Of a stretch of 47,040 bases of DNA, positions 36,374-44,485 are shown one piece after another. Numbering within the stretch: position 1 is the stretch's first letter; every line of letters starts with the position of its first letter. The stretch lies in the IMG/VR virus record IMGVR_UViG_3300031228_000010, positions 1 through 47,040 of that record, one strand, 5' to 3'. The notes beneath the pieces were generated by a model that was not told the origin of the DNA, did not search any database, and was given only the letters and a program-made list of their open reading frames with translations. Origin of the DNA: a virus (Duplodnaviria; Caudoviricetes). Made by a program: the position numbers and the translations under genes.

Positions 36374-36628
36374 TCTGCCCCGGATTTGCCCCGTGATCAT
36401 GGACAGATCCGCAGGTCAGAAGCACAATGGCTTGCACCTGGTAATAGTGCACACTACGGCCTGACCTGGGGTTCTGTGAATACCCGTGAATTCCAGCCCG
36501 GTCCAGCGTTAGCCAGTGTTTCCCCTGGTCAACGTCCAGTCTTTGGGGGGTCTACGCCAGCCTCGTCCAGTCGCTCTTGGTCGAGGTGTGCCCCAGAGTC
36601 TGCCCCAGGGGCAGTGATCTTGCCCCGA
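36374..36628. mobile_element. attP-like site
   Basis: TGCCCC arm-type repeats at 36376, 36387, 36589, 36601, 36621 around nested inverted repeats CAGGTCAG/CTGACCTG and TGCAC/GTGCA; adjacent to the integrase 3' end. Confidence 0.6.
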
Positions 36629-37725
36629 GTCGACCGCAGCCGCTCCCGCTCTTCAGGTGTCAACTGATGGTACCCCGCAGTTTGATCACGCGACGAATGT
36701 CCGGCGATCTTCTGCAAGGCGAGTTCGTCGACGCCCGGAGCCGCCCACGTGATGAAGCCTCGACGGGCGGCATAGGGCGCGCGGTACTCCAGACCCTTCG
36801 ACTCGGCGACGTACGCCAGCCGCTGCCGCAGGTTGTGCGGCCACACCGGTCGCTCCCTGTCGGTGCGGAACACCAGCTCACTCCGGCACGTCCTGCCGTC
36901 GGTGTGCTCCAGCCCGCAGCCGAGCGTCATGTCCCTGCCGTCGATGGCCGCCGCGACGATCTCCATCGCGCGCTCCGTCAGCGGCACCTTGCGGACCCGC
37001 TTGTTCTTCGGCCACGGCCTGATCTTGCCGGTGCGGTCGACCAGCACATGCCACACGATCAACCACCCGTCCTCGACCTCCGTGTGATGCAGCCCGCCGA
37101 GTTCGGATGGGCGCAGCCCGGTCTCCAACAGGAACTCCACCGCGCGGGCATAGTCGGGACGCAGCTCCGTCAGGTAGGGCTTGAGCGAGGCGTGGGTGGT
37201 GTACTGCTTCGGCTGCTTCGGCACCTCCGGCAGGCCCGGTTTCACCAGCGGCGAGGACTCCAGGATCTCCTCGTCGATCGCCGCGTGGATCGACATGGAG
37301 AACACTCCGAAGATCCGCCTGACCGTGGTGGGCGCGAGCGTGCTGCCCTTCTTCGTTCGCGTCTTGATCAGCTTCCGCACCCACTTGCGAACGTCGGCAG
37401 ATTCGATCTGATTCAGGGGCACGCTGTCCCAGTGGGGCCGGATGTGCACGTCGACGTAGCCCTGCTCCGTGCGGGCCGTGTCGCTCCACCCGGTCTCCCT
37501 GTCGGGCGCGATCCGATCCCACCACTCGCCCCATGTCAGCTTCGCGGACGTGCGCGACTTGGTTTTGGCGCGGCGGCGCGCCTTGACCTCTTCCTCGGTC
37601 GCGGCTTCGCGCGCGTCGCGCTTGCGGCCGAACGGCAGCCCGCCGTCGAGCACCGTTTGTTGCCGCCCGCTGGCGTCGCGGTAGCGACCCCGGAACCCCC
37701 CGGCGACTGGCTCAGCCCATGCCAT
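36529..37725 (-). CDS. int: tyrosine integrase
   Basis: Arm-binding N-terminus; ETGLRPSEL, K, YAARR, GHSS, TAGY catalytic pattern. Confidence 0.93.
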   Translation of the reverse strand: MAWAEPVAGGFRGRYRDASGRQQTVLDGGLPFGRKRDAREAATEEEVKARRRAKTKSRTSAKLTWGEWWDRIAPDRETGWSDTARTEQGYVDVHIRPHWDSVPLNQIESADVRKWVRKLIKTRTKKGSTLAPTTVRRIFGVFSMSIHAAIDEEILESSPLVKPGLPEVPKQPKQYTTHASLKPYLTELRPDYARAVEFLLETGLRPSELGGLHHTEVEDGWLIVWHVLVDRTGKIRPWPKNKRVRKVPLTERAMEIVAAAIDGRDMTLGCGLEHTDGRTCRSELVFRTDRERPVWPHNLRQRLAYVAESKGLEYRAPYAARRGFITWAAPGVDELALQKIAGHSSRDQTAGYHQLTPEERERLRSTRGKITAPGADSGAHLDQERLDEAGVDPPKTGR

Positions 37726-38014
37726 GCGGTCCCCTCAGCATGTCCTCCGCCTGGTCGGCGATCGATGCGTGGCGGATCTCCGCCCTGAGGTCACGGAACT
37801 GGGCGCTGATCCAGCGGCACGCGGTGAGCGTGGAGGCGACGATCGCCGCGCAGATCAGCAGCATCCGAACGTTGAACGGGTTCATCAGCTCGGGTACCTG
37901 AATGAGGACCGACGTCATGACGGCGAGGCATGTGCCGGCGAGGAAGGCATAGGCGTAGGGCAGATGGGTGCGGAGCATTAGAGCGTTTCCCCCGATTGGT
38001 TGGGCCATTTGCAC
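37712..38014 (-). CDS. two-TM membrane protein between repressor and integrase
   Basis: Two hydrophobic helices; overlaps the int start; start codon uncertain. Confidence 0.6.
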   Translation of the reverse strand: MQMAQPIGGNALMLRTHLPYAYAFLAGTCLAVMTSVLIQVPELMNPFNVRMLLICAAIVASTLTACRWISAQFRDLRAEIRHASIADQAEDMLRGPHGMG

Positions 38015-38097
38015 TCCTCACTCTATGGTGTCCAGATGATCGAGTTCACGCCGTTTGTCTGTCTACTCCAGAGTAGGGACCAGTTGGCCGAATGTCG

Positions 38098-38547
38098 TTA
38101 TGACCTGGAGATCTCCGGGTCACCCGGTGTCACCGACTGGTCGCGATCTTCGGCCTCTCGTGCCTTGATCACCTCGTGCGCCCACTTGAGCATAAAGTCT
38201 GTGCCCGCCTCGTCTCCTTCGGCGCGAGCAACCTCGGCGGCGCGGTCCATCGCCTCCTGACGGGTCAGGTCCGCGAGTGGCCTGGGTCCGCCGATGGGTG
38301 TCGGCCTACCGCCGGCGAGTGTGGCGCGCGCGCTGCCCTGCTTCCACCGCGCGCCTCGGTCAAGCCCGGCGAGTGTCGTCGCACGCGGCGTGATCCTCCT
38401 AGCTTCGATGCGCTGGATCGTCGGCAGGCTGACGCCGCATTGATCGGCGAACTCTTCCTGCGTCAGTCCCAGCTCGCCACGCCGGTCGGTCACGGCGTCG
38501 GCAAGTCTCTTCACATCTCTTTCCTTCACGTGCACATCTTGACGCAT
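38098..38547 (-). CDS. immunity repressor (XRE HTH)
   Basis: RRGELGLTQEEFADQCGVSLPTIQRIE...L.GLD....W..GS; divergent from Cro-like gene; start uncertain. Confidence 0.85.
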   Translation of the reverse strand: MRQDVHVKERDVKRLADAVTDRRGELGLTQEEFADQCGVSLPTIQRIEARRITPRATTLAGLDRGARWKQGSARATLAGGRPTPIGGPRPLADLTRQEAMDRAAEVARAEGDEAGTDFMLKWAHEVIKAREAEDRDQSVTPGDPEISRS

Positions 38548-38694
38548 CGGGCGTCGGATGTCCACGCGTGAGCACGGCCCCCTCGTTGATCTTCTCGGCC
38601 GATATCTCATGGGTGCCTTCCTCTCTTCGTGTCTCTTTATATCTCTTCACTCAAAGAGACGCAACCCCCAGCCTTGCAAAGAGATGGGAAGAGA
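38506..38694. promoter_or_regulatory. operator array, TCTCTT/AAGAGA x8
   Basis: TCTCTT at 38506, 38516, 38622, 38632, 38642; AAGAGA at 38654, 38679, 38689. Confidence 0.7.
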
Positions 38695-38702
38695 CATAAA
38701 GT
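38674..38702 (+). promoter_or_regulatory. early lytic promoter
   Basis: TTGCAA-17 bp-TAAAGT, ending 7 bp before ATG 38710. Confidence 0.65.
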
Positions 38703-38709
38703 GACGTCC

Positions 38710-39027
38710 ATGAGTAAGGCGAAATATCCGCCCCATCCCCGGCTTGAGGCGACGCGTACGAGGCAGGGCCTCAAGCGCAGTGCCCTCGCCGACCGGGTCG
38801 GAATCTCCTACCAGCACCTCTACGGCATCGAGCGGGGCTACAACACGCCCGCCGTCGAGACGCTGCAACTGATCGCCAACGCACTAGGTGTCGAGCTGAG
38901 CGAGGTGACAGATGGCGAAAGATCCCGCGTGGGAGCGAAAGGGGCCGACGCGGCATCCCGAGCCCGAACGACCGCACCCGCCGCCGAAGCCGACGAAGCC
39001 GCCGCGCAAGTGAGGGGTGCGGCATGA
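38710..39027 (+). CDS. Cro-like XRE HTH protein
   Basis: RQGLKRSALADRVGISYQHLYGIERG..TP...L..IANALGV. Confidence 0.85.
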   Translation: MSKAKYPPHPRLEATRTRQGLKRSALADRVGISYQHLYGIERGYNTPAVETLQLIANALGVELSEVTDGERSRVGAKGADAASRARTTAPAAEADEAAAQVRGAA

Positions 39028-39215
39028 CCGACTACCTCTCGACCTCGCAGGCGGCGACGTACGCCAGCTGCCACCCGGAGACGCTGCTCGAAGCGGCACG
39101 CAAGGGTGAGGTTCGGTCCTCGCAGCGCGCCGCAGGATGCAAGCGTCGCTACAAGCCCGAATGGCTCGACGCCTGGCTGGCCGGCGAACGGCCCAAGAAG
39201 GCACGAACCCCATGA
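39024..39215 (+). CDS. excisionase-like HTH protein
   Basis: YLSTSQAATY...HPETL...R.G...RRY...WLDAWL. Confidence 0.8.
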   Translation: MTDYLSTSQAATYASCHPETLLEAARKGEVRSSQRAAGCKRRYKPEWLDAWLAGERPKKARTP

Positions 39216-39220
39216 GACCC

Positions 39221-39360
39221 CCCGGCCGTGCCACAGAGCACTCGCTTCTTTGGGCTGCCACGGCCGGGACCTAGCCCCTGGTAACCGCGCGAGGACGCAA
39301 CCAAGCGCGGTTACCGGGTCACCACGAAGAAACGGGCCCGGTGCCCAGACACCGAACCCG
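39221..39360 (+). promoter_or_regulatory. three consecutive hairpins in the early operon
   Basis: Stems 39221-30/39259-68, 39280-90/39305-15, 39333-43/39350-60. Confidence 0.5.
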
Positions 39361-39391
39361 CCACCACCGGTTCAACTTGGAAGGAGTCCCG

Positions 39392-39622
39392 GTGACTGAT
39401 CAACAGAGTACCAAGGACACGACACAGTTCGCGCACCTGCATGTTAGCCATGGCGAGCTGGAGGTGTCGGCGCGCGCCGTTGAGGGGAAGGTGCTCATCA
39501 GCGGCGACCTCGGGTTCTACCCGCTGATGAGTTTGTACATGACGCTGGCGGCGGCGGAGAGGCTGGAGACCGAGCTCGGCATCGCGACCGTTAAGGCGCG
39601 CATCGAGGGCGGTGCGACATGA
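39392..39622 (+). CDS. hypothetical protein
   Basis: AAGGAG RBS, GTG 39392. Confidence 0.6.
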   Translation: MTDQQSTKDTTQFAHLHVSHGELEVSARAVEGKVLISGDLGFYPLMSLYMTLAAAERLETELGIATVKARIEGGAT

Positions 39623-39972
39623 CCCTCCACATCACGGACACGTCGATCACGTCCCCGGACACGGTGCACCACGCGGAGCGCCCGTCGCGCAGCTACGCGC
39701 GCTGGTCGGTGTCGTGGCTACCGTCCCGGATTCTGTCCCGCGACGCCGCGGTCACGGCGATGACGATCGCGGAGAAGGTCGGCGTGGCTGACGCTGCCGA
39801 TCGGCCGTACGACTGGTGGTCGGTGAACCTCCTGGCCGCCGAGCTGGACCTGACGGAAGCGGACGCCGTGCACCTGGTGCGCAGCCGGGCGGCCGTGGTC
39901 ATCGCCGACGCGGTGTCCGAGCTGGCGGAGGCTGCCGACGCGACCCACCGGATCAACTTGGGGGTGCGGTGA
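39619..39972 (+). CDS. hypothetical protein
   Basis: ATGA coupling; W.VSWLP.R.L.R..AVTAM. Confidence 0.65.
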   Translation: MTLHITDTSITSPDTVHHAERPSRSYARWSVSWLPSRILSRDAAVTAMTIAEKVGVADAADRPYDWWSVNLLAAELDLTEADAVHLVRSRAAVVIADAVSELAEAADATHRINLGVR

Positions 39973-40199
39973 TGAACGCATCGGAGCATTTCCGCGAGGC
40001 GGAGGCGTGCATCGAAGCAGCGAAGAGCTCGATCCGCGACTATGCCGCCGCCGATGTCGGCAGCGCCCAGGAGCAGAGCTACCTTGCGCAGTCCCGCTGG
40101 GCGCAGCAGCAGGCCCAGGTCCACGCCACTCTCGCGCTCGCCGCCGCGCAGATCGCGGCCAACAGGACCTACAGCTACAGCGAGGTGCGCCATGGCTGA
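39972..40199 (+). CDS. hypothetical phage protein
   Basis: EHFREAE...AQVHATLALAAA. Confidence 0.7.
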   Translation: MNASEHFREAEACIEAAKSSIRDYAAADVGSAQEQSYLAQSRWAQQQAQVHATLALAAAQIAANRTYSYSEVRHG

Positions 40200-40317
40200 G
40201 AAGCGCGACGTCAAGCGCAGTGACCGCGAGGTCGAGAAGGCGCTCAAGCGCCACGGCCCGAGCCCGGAGGCGCTGGCCGAGGCGATCCGACGAGGTGGCA
40301 AGGAGAAGCGTCGATGA
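40192..40317 (+). CDS. small basic protein
   Basis: GAGG RBS; coupled to next gene. Confidence 0.5.
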   Translation: MAEKRDVKRSDREVEKALKRHGPSPEALAEAIRRGGKEKRR

Positions 40318-40748
40318 AGATCTACCTGGCTGCCCGGTACAGCCGGAACGACGAGATGCGCGGCGTGCGCGATGTACTCACCGCATACGGACATGAGGTC
40401 ACGTCACGCTGGATAGACCAGCACGGCGGCGAGCTGGAGAAGTCGTTCACCCCGGAAGCGCTCGCCGCTGACCCCGAGGGTTGCGCGCTGTTCGCGCGAG
40501 CAGACGTCGAAGACCTGGAGGCTGCGGACACAGTCATCTCGTTCACCTCAGAGGGGGGCGGCGGCAAAGGCGGTCGGCACGTCGAGTTTGGTCTCGCGGC
40601 TGCCCTCGGAAAGCGGATGATCATCGTCGGCCCGCTGGAAAACATCTTTCACACGCTGCCGATCGTCGAGCATTACCCGAGCTGGTCGGGACTCCTGGTC
40701 ACCCTCGCCCCGGCCGCGGTCGAGCACATTCTAGGGGGTGCGCGATGA
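40314..40748 (+). CDS. nucleoside 2-deoxyribosyltransferase-like protein
   Basis: KIYLA, DVEDLEAAD, GGRHVEFGLAAALGK. Confidence 0.8.
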   Translation: MKIYLAARYSRNDEMRGVRDVLTAYGHEVTSRWIDQHGGELEKSFTPEALAADPEGCALFARADVEDLEAADTVISFTSEGGGGKGGRHVEFGLAAALGKRMIIVGPLENIFHTLPIVEHYPSWSGLLVTLAPAAVEHILGGAR

Positions 40749-40818
40749 AGGCGTTCCTTTACTGGTTGGCAACGCTGGCCGACGACTCGCTGTACCACCT
40801 CGACGACGAGGAGGAGCC

Positions 40819-40989
40819 ATGCTGCGACGGGTGATCGAGCGCGTGCTGGACGCCCTCACGGTGCTGATCTTCGGCCCCATCACGGACGACGTCTACGAGG
40901 CCGAGTGGGATCTGCATGACGCCGAGCAGCAGGTGATTGCCGGGTGCACGCAGCTGTGCCGTGAGGCGGCCGAGGAGGAGGCGTCGTGA
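40819..40989 (+). CDS. hypothetical protein
   Basis: GAGGAG RBS, ATG 40819. Confidence 0.5.
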   Translation: MLRRVIERVLDALTVLIFGPITDDVYEAEWDLHDAEQQVIAGCTQLCREAAEEEAS

Positions 40990-41339
40990 TCAACGTTGCA
41001 TTGCTCCGGAAAACACTGGAGCACGTCACCGCCCACCCTGAGGAGTGGGACCAGGGGAGGTGGCTGTCCGACTGTGGGACCAGGGGATGCATGGCAGGGC
41101 ATGCGTGCCTGCTCAGTGGTGCGCGGGTTGTCAGCGCGACTGCCTATGAGGTGCAGATCCCTGGCAGCACAGTCTCACATTCGGTCCCCTACGCGGCCAG
41201 GAGACTGCTCGGGCTGACGCTCAAGCAGGCGAACGCCCTGTTCGAGGCGAACAACACCCTCGCCGACCTCTGGCACCACGCTTCCCGGTTCACCGATGGC
41301 GAGATCGAGATCCCGCCGCAGCTGGAGGATGCATCGTGA
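40986..41339 (+). CDS. hypothetical phage protein
   Basis: HPEEWDQ..W...CGT.GC.AGHA...A..LLGL...A..LF. Confidence 0.7.
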   Translation: MINVALLRKTLEHVTAHPEEWDQGRWLSDCGTRGCMAGHACLLSGARVVSATAYEVQIPGSTVSHSVPYAARRLLGLTLKQANALFEANNTLADLWHHASRFTDGEIEIPPQLEDAS

Positions 41340-41437
41340 TCGACCTCATCCACGACCTCGCCGTCGAGATCATCATCCGCCTGATCGAGGGGCCGATCGC
41401 GATCACCACGGAGATCCTGTTCGGCGGTGCGTCGTGA
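41336..41437 (+). CDS. 33-aa hydrophobic peptide
   Basis: GTGA coupling at both ends; GGAGG RBS. Confidence 0.45.
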   Translation: MIDLIHDLAVEIIIRLIEGPIAITTEILFGGAS

Positions 41438-41712
41438 CCGTCACACGGGAGACCGTCCGCTTAGACGAGGCGAACGGCTGGCCCCCGGCAGTGCGGCTGT
41501 ACTACCGCCCGGAGCTGCTGCTGGCCGAGCAACCCCTGGGCGCGGAGCACCAGCGTCACGTCCCCGTGCGGGACATCCTCGACCGTGAGGGCGTGCTGCT
41601 GCTGCCGCCCCAGTATCGCGTGGCGACGTGGGTGCTGGTCGCCCTCGCCGGGCTGCTGGTGGTCCTGCTCGCGGTGACCGCCGCTGCCCTACCGACGTGG
41701 GGCGGTGCGTGA
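41434..41712 (+). CDS. protein with C-terminal TM helix
   Basis: GTGA coupling; WVLVALAGLLVVLLAV. Confidence 0.55.
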   Translation: MTVTRETVRLDEANGWPPAVRLYYRPELLLAEQPLGAEHQRHVPVRDILDREGVLLLPPQYRVATWVLVALAGLLVVLLAVTAAALPTWGGA

Positions 41713-41849
41713 TGATCAACGAACACGGCGGCAATAAGCGCGGCCCACGGCCCGCACCCGGCCAGGAGGAGCGCCGGGCTGCTGCCCGCGAGGAGATGCT
41801 GCGGCTCATCGCTGACGGCGAGGACGTCGCGACACGGAGGGCCGAGTGA
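41712..41849 (+). CDS. small hypothetical protein
   Basis: Coupled to neighbours. Confidence 0.45.
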   Translation: MINEHGGNKRGPRPAPGQEERRAAAREEMLRLIADGEDVATRRAE

Positions 41850-42106
41850 TGGCCTGGTCGCTCGACGACGGCTCCGACCTGATGGAGCTGCTGGCCGGGA
41901 CACGGGAGATGCGCGACGGCGCGAAGCGCGCGATGGAGGCCGTCGGCCGGATCCGGGACCGCCACCGCCGGGACGCCACCGTGCCCGCACTGCTGCGGGA
42001 GGCGCACATCGAGGACGAGGCGCGGCACGTGACGCAAGAGGCGGACGAGATGGAGCGGGATGCCGAAGTGGTGCACCGCATGTTCGAGGGAGGGGCGACG
42101 ACGTGA
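41846..42106 (+). CDS. hypothetical protein
   Basis: GGAGG RBS; coupled. Confidence 0.55.
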   Translation: MMAWSLDDGSDLMELLAGTREMRDGAKRAMEAVGRIRDRHRRDATVPALLREAHIEDEARHVTQEADEMERDAEVVHRMFEGGATT

Positions 42107-42498
42107 GCATCCAACTGGATCGCGTCCTCGACGGCATGCTCGGACTCTCCGTCATCAAAGCGCGGTGGCTGTACAGCTCCCAGGAGCCGATGGTGCTGGT
42201 GATGCAGGTCTACAGCGTGCACGGCCCAGTGACATGGGTGATCGGGCGCGATCTGCTGCGGGACGCACTCGCCACGGGCAGGGGCGGCGACGAGGTGTAC
42301 GGCGACGTGCTGGCCGAGGTGGACCAGGAGACCAACTCCATGATCCTCAGCCTCACCACGCCCACCGGTCACTGCATGCTCGCGTTCGATTCGAGCGCTG
42401 TGCAGGAGCTGGTGGAAGCCACCACCCATGTTGTGCCGATCGGCGCGGAGTTCGTGATGTTCGACTGGGGCCGCTGGCAGCGGGAGGCGACGGCGTGA
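42103..42498 (+). CDS. SsgA-like protein (SALP), sporulation/cell-division regulator family
   Basis: Y....P..L......V.W..GRDLL.......G...GDV......L.L..P.G......V.......T..VVP.G.E...D matches the SALP pattern; 131 aa. Confidence 0.8.
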   Translation: MSIQLDRVLDGMLGLSVIKARWLYSSQEPMVLVMQVYSVHGPVTWVIGRDLLRDALATGRGGDEVYGDVLAEVDQETNSMILSLTTPTGHCMLAFDSSAVQELVEATTHVVPIGAEFVMFDWGRWQREATA

Positions 42499-42806
42499 GT
42501 GTGGACAACGTCGTGCAGATGCGGAGCGCGCTGCGAACCGCACGCGAGCACAGCAACCGCGTGACACACCAGGCGCAGCGCCGCATCGCCGAGCTGGGGG
42601 CAGCGCTGGACCAACGGACCCGAGAGCGCGACGAGGCACGGGCGTTGCTCGCCGTCAGGGACGGGGAGGCGTCCGAGATGGCCGACGCCATCGAGGAGTC
42701 CCGACGGTTCGCGGCGCGCACCGCCACCGAACTGACAGACATCACCGCCCGTGCGTGCGCCGAGTTGCGCGCCATGGGCTGGCCAGGAGGAGAGCAGCAT
42801 GACTGA
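42495..42806 (+). CDS. coiled-coil hypothetical protein
   Basis: GTGA coupling; RRIAEL...RERDEARA. Confidence 0.6.
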   Translation: MSVDNVVQMRSALRTAREHSNRVTHQAQRRIAELGAALDQRTRERDEARALLAVRDGEASEMADAIEESRRFAARTATELTDITARACAELRAMGWPGGEQHD

Positions 42807-43080
42807 TCGGGAGCCCATCGTTGGAGCGCCGAAGCTCCCGTCCGGGTACTTCTACCGCGTGCGCAGCAACTCCGCTGGGCCGCTGGTCGAGATCCGCCGC
42901 AAGCAGCGCATCGGATCCAGGTGCGTCGCCCGCAGCTACATCCTGCCGAAGACGCCTGGGGATTACGCCACGGCAACGGCCCAGGCGTGCGAGCGGGCAC
43001 ACGAGGACTTCACTGGCCGCCACCTCCAGTCCGCCGCCGAGGCGGCAGTGCTGGCCGCATACCGAGGGGACCACACATGA
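42799..43080 (+). CDS. hypothetical protein
   Basis: AGGAG RBS; P.LPSGYFYRV. Confidence 0.6.
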   Translation: MTDREPIVGAPKLPSGYFYRVRSNSAGPLVEIRRKQRIGSRCVARSYILPKTPGDYATATAQACERAHEDFTGRHLQSAAEAAVLAAYRGDHT

Positions 43081-43472
43081 GCGACGAGGTAGAGGCGCTG
43101 ACGGAGTACCTGGTGCGCGAGTGTCAGTGGTGCGAGGAAGACGCGCACCACCGCATCGACGCCGCGATGATCATGGCGCGCTGGCCGGAGATCGGCAAGC
43201 TTCCCCGCCAACTCGACTCCGCCCGCGCGTGGGCTGCGCACTGGCAGCAGGAAGCAGACCAGGCCGACAAGATCCGGCGCGACACGGCGCGTGAGGCCAT
43301 CGGGGTCGCCAAGGACAACGACCAGCTTCGCGGGCAGGTGGCGCTGCTGTCGTGGCTGCACGCCGAGGCGCAGTGGAAGCTGAGCCGATCGATGCCGGTG
43401 CAGCCGCCGAGCGTCAACCAATCGGTCACGGTCGACACTGACCCCAAGATTAAAGCCTGGCGCGCGTCATGA
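43077..43472 (+). CDS. hypothetical protein
   Basis: ATGA coupling; LDSARAWAA. Confidence 0.6.
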   Translation: MSDEVEALTEYLVRECQWCEEDAHHRIDAAMIMARWPEIGKLPRQLDSARAWAAHWQQEADQADKIRRDTAREAIGVAKDNDQLRGQVALLSWLHAEAQWKLSRSMPVQPPSVNQSVTVDTDPKIKAWRAS

Positions 43473-43765
43473 CCGCGATCACCTCCTACGCCACCATCAC
43501 CGCGCGGGTCAAGGACCACGGCCGCGAGCTGAAGGCGTACCGCGAAGCCCACGGCGTCAGCCTGATCACCGCTGCCCAACGTGCCGGGATGCCCGTTGCT
43601 GACTGTCGCGCGATCGAAGCGGGCCACACGGCGGTGCCGGTGTACAGCTGGCTGCGGTATGCCGACGCGCTGGGGTTGCGGCTCGGCGTGGTCGGCTGCG
43701 GCACACCCGGGCACCTTGGGGCGTGTCCCGGGCCGCGCTGTCCTGTTGGGGAGGCCACCGCATGA
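43469..43765 (+). CDS. XRE-like HTH protein
   Basis: LKAYREAHGVSL..AA.RAG......IEAG...YADALGL. Confidence 0.7.
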   Translation: MTAITSYATITARVKDHGRELKAYREAHGVSLITAAQRAGMPVADCRAIEAGHTAVPVYSWLRYADALGLRLGVVGCGTPGHLGACPGPRCPVGEATA

Positions 43766-43790
43766 CCCGCGTAACCACTGGGGGTGGGCA

Positions 43791-44300
43791 ATGATTGCTA
43801 TCGGAGGACACCAGTCAGCCCAAATGATCTCCGATACGTGGCTGACGCCGCCCGAAATCATCAGCGCTCTAGGCCCATTCGATCTCGACCCGTGCGCTGC
43901 ACCTGAGCCTCGGCCGTGGGAGACGGCTGCGCATATGATCGCCAGGCCAGACTGCGGGCTAGCGCAGGAGTGGGCGGGGCGTGTGTGGTTGAACCCGCCA
44001 TATTCCCGAGAGGCAGTGCGCTGGATAGGCCGCCTCGCTAGCCATGGGACTGGAACCGCCCTGGTATTTGCTCGCACTGAGACCGCCTGGTTCGTAAGGC
44101 ACATCTGGTCAAGAGCTGACGCTCTCCTGTTCCTGCATGGGCGGATCCACTTCCACTATGGCGACGGGCGACGGGCGAAGGCGAACGCAGGTGCGCCGTC
44201 CGTGCTTGTCGCCTACGGCGAGTACGACGCGCACAGGCTGGCCGAGTGCGACATCCCCGGGTCGTTCGTGTCTGGCTGGCCTACTAGGGGTGGGCAGTGA
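43791..44300 (+). CDS. phage N6-adenine DNA methyltransferase (Dam-like)
   Basis: DTWLTPP, FDLDPCA, VWLNPPY, ARTETAWF, GRIHF. Confidence 0.9.
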   Translation: MIAIGGHQSAQMISDTWLTPPEIISALGPFDLDPCAAPEPRPWETAAHMIARPDCGLAQEWAGRVWLNPPYSREAVRWIGRLASHGTGTALVFARTETAWFVRHIWSRADALLFLHGRIHFHYGDGRRAKANAGAPSVLVAYGEYDAHRLAECDIPGSFVSGWPTRGGQ

Positions 44301-44485
44301 TGACCCGCGTGACCACCCTGCCGTGGACCTGCCTGCTGCTCACCTGCGCCCACCACGCCCTGCCCGTGTATGCGTGGCGCGGCCGGGTGTGGTGCCGCTG
44401 CCAGATGTCGCGGGCCGATCGGCAGGCGCTGGCCGACGACATGCGGCTGGACCTCGAGGAACGCATACAAGGGGAGAACGAGTGA
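44297..44485 (+). CDS. hypothetical protein
   Basis: Coupled at both ends. Confidence 0.5.
   Translation: MMTRVTTLPWTCLLLTCAHHALPVYAWRGRVWCRCQMSRADRQALADDMRLDLEERIQGENE

Noticed and set aside
36303-36528. tRNA or tRNA fragment at att
   Set aside because: No T-loop GTTCGA or cloverleaf seen on either strand; no tRNA or rRNA recognised anywhere in the window
36577-37788. 403-aa plus-strand ORF
   Set aside because: Antisense shadow of the integrase
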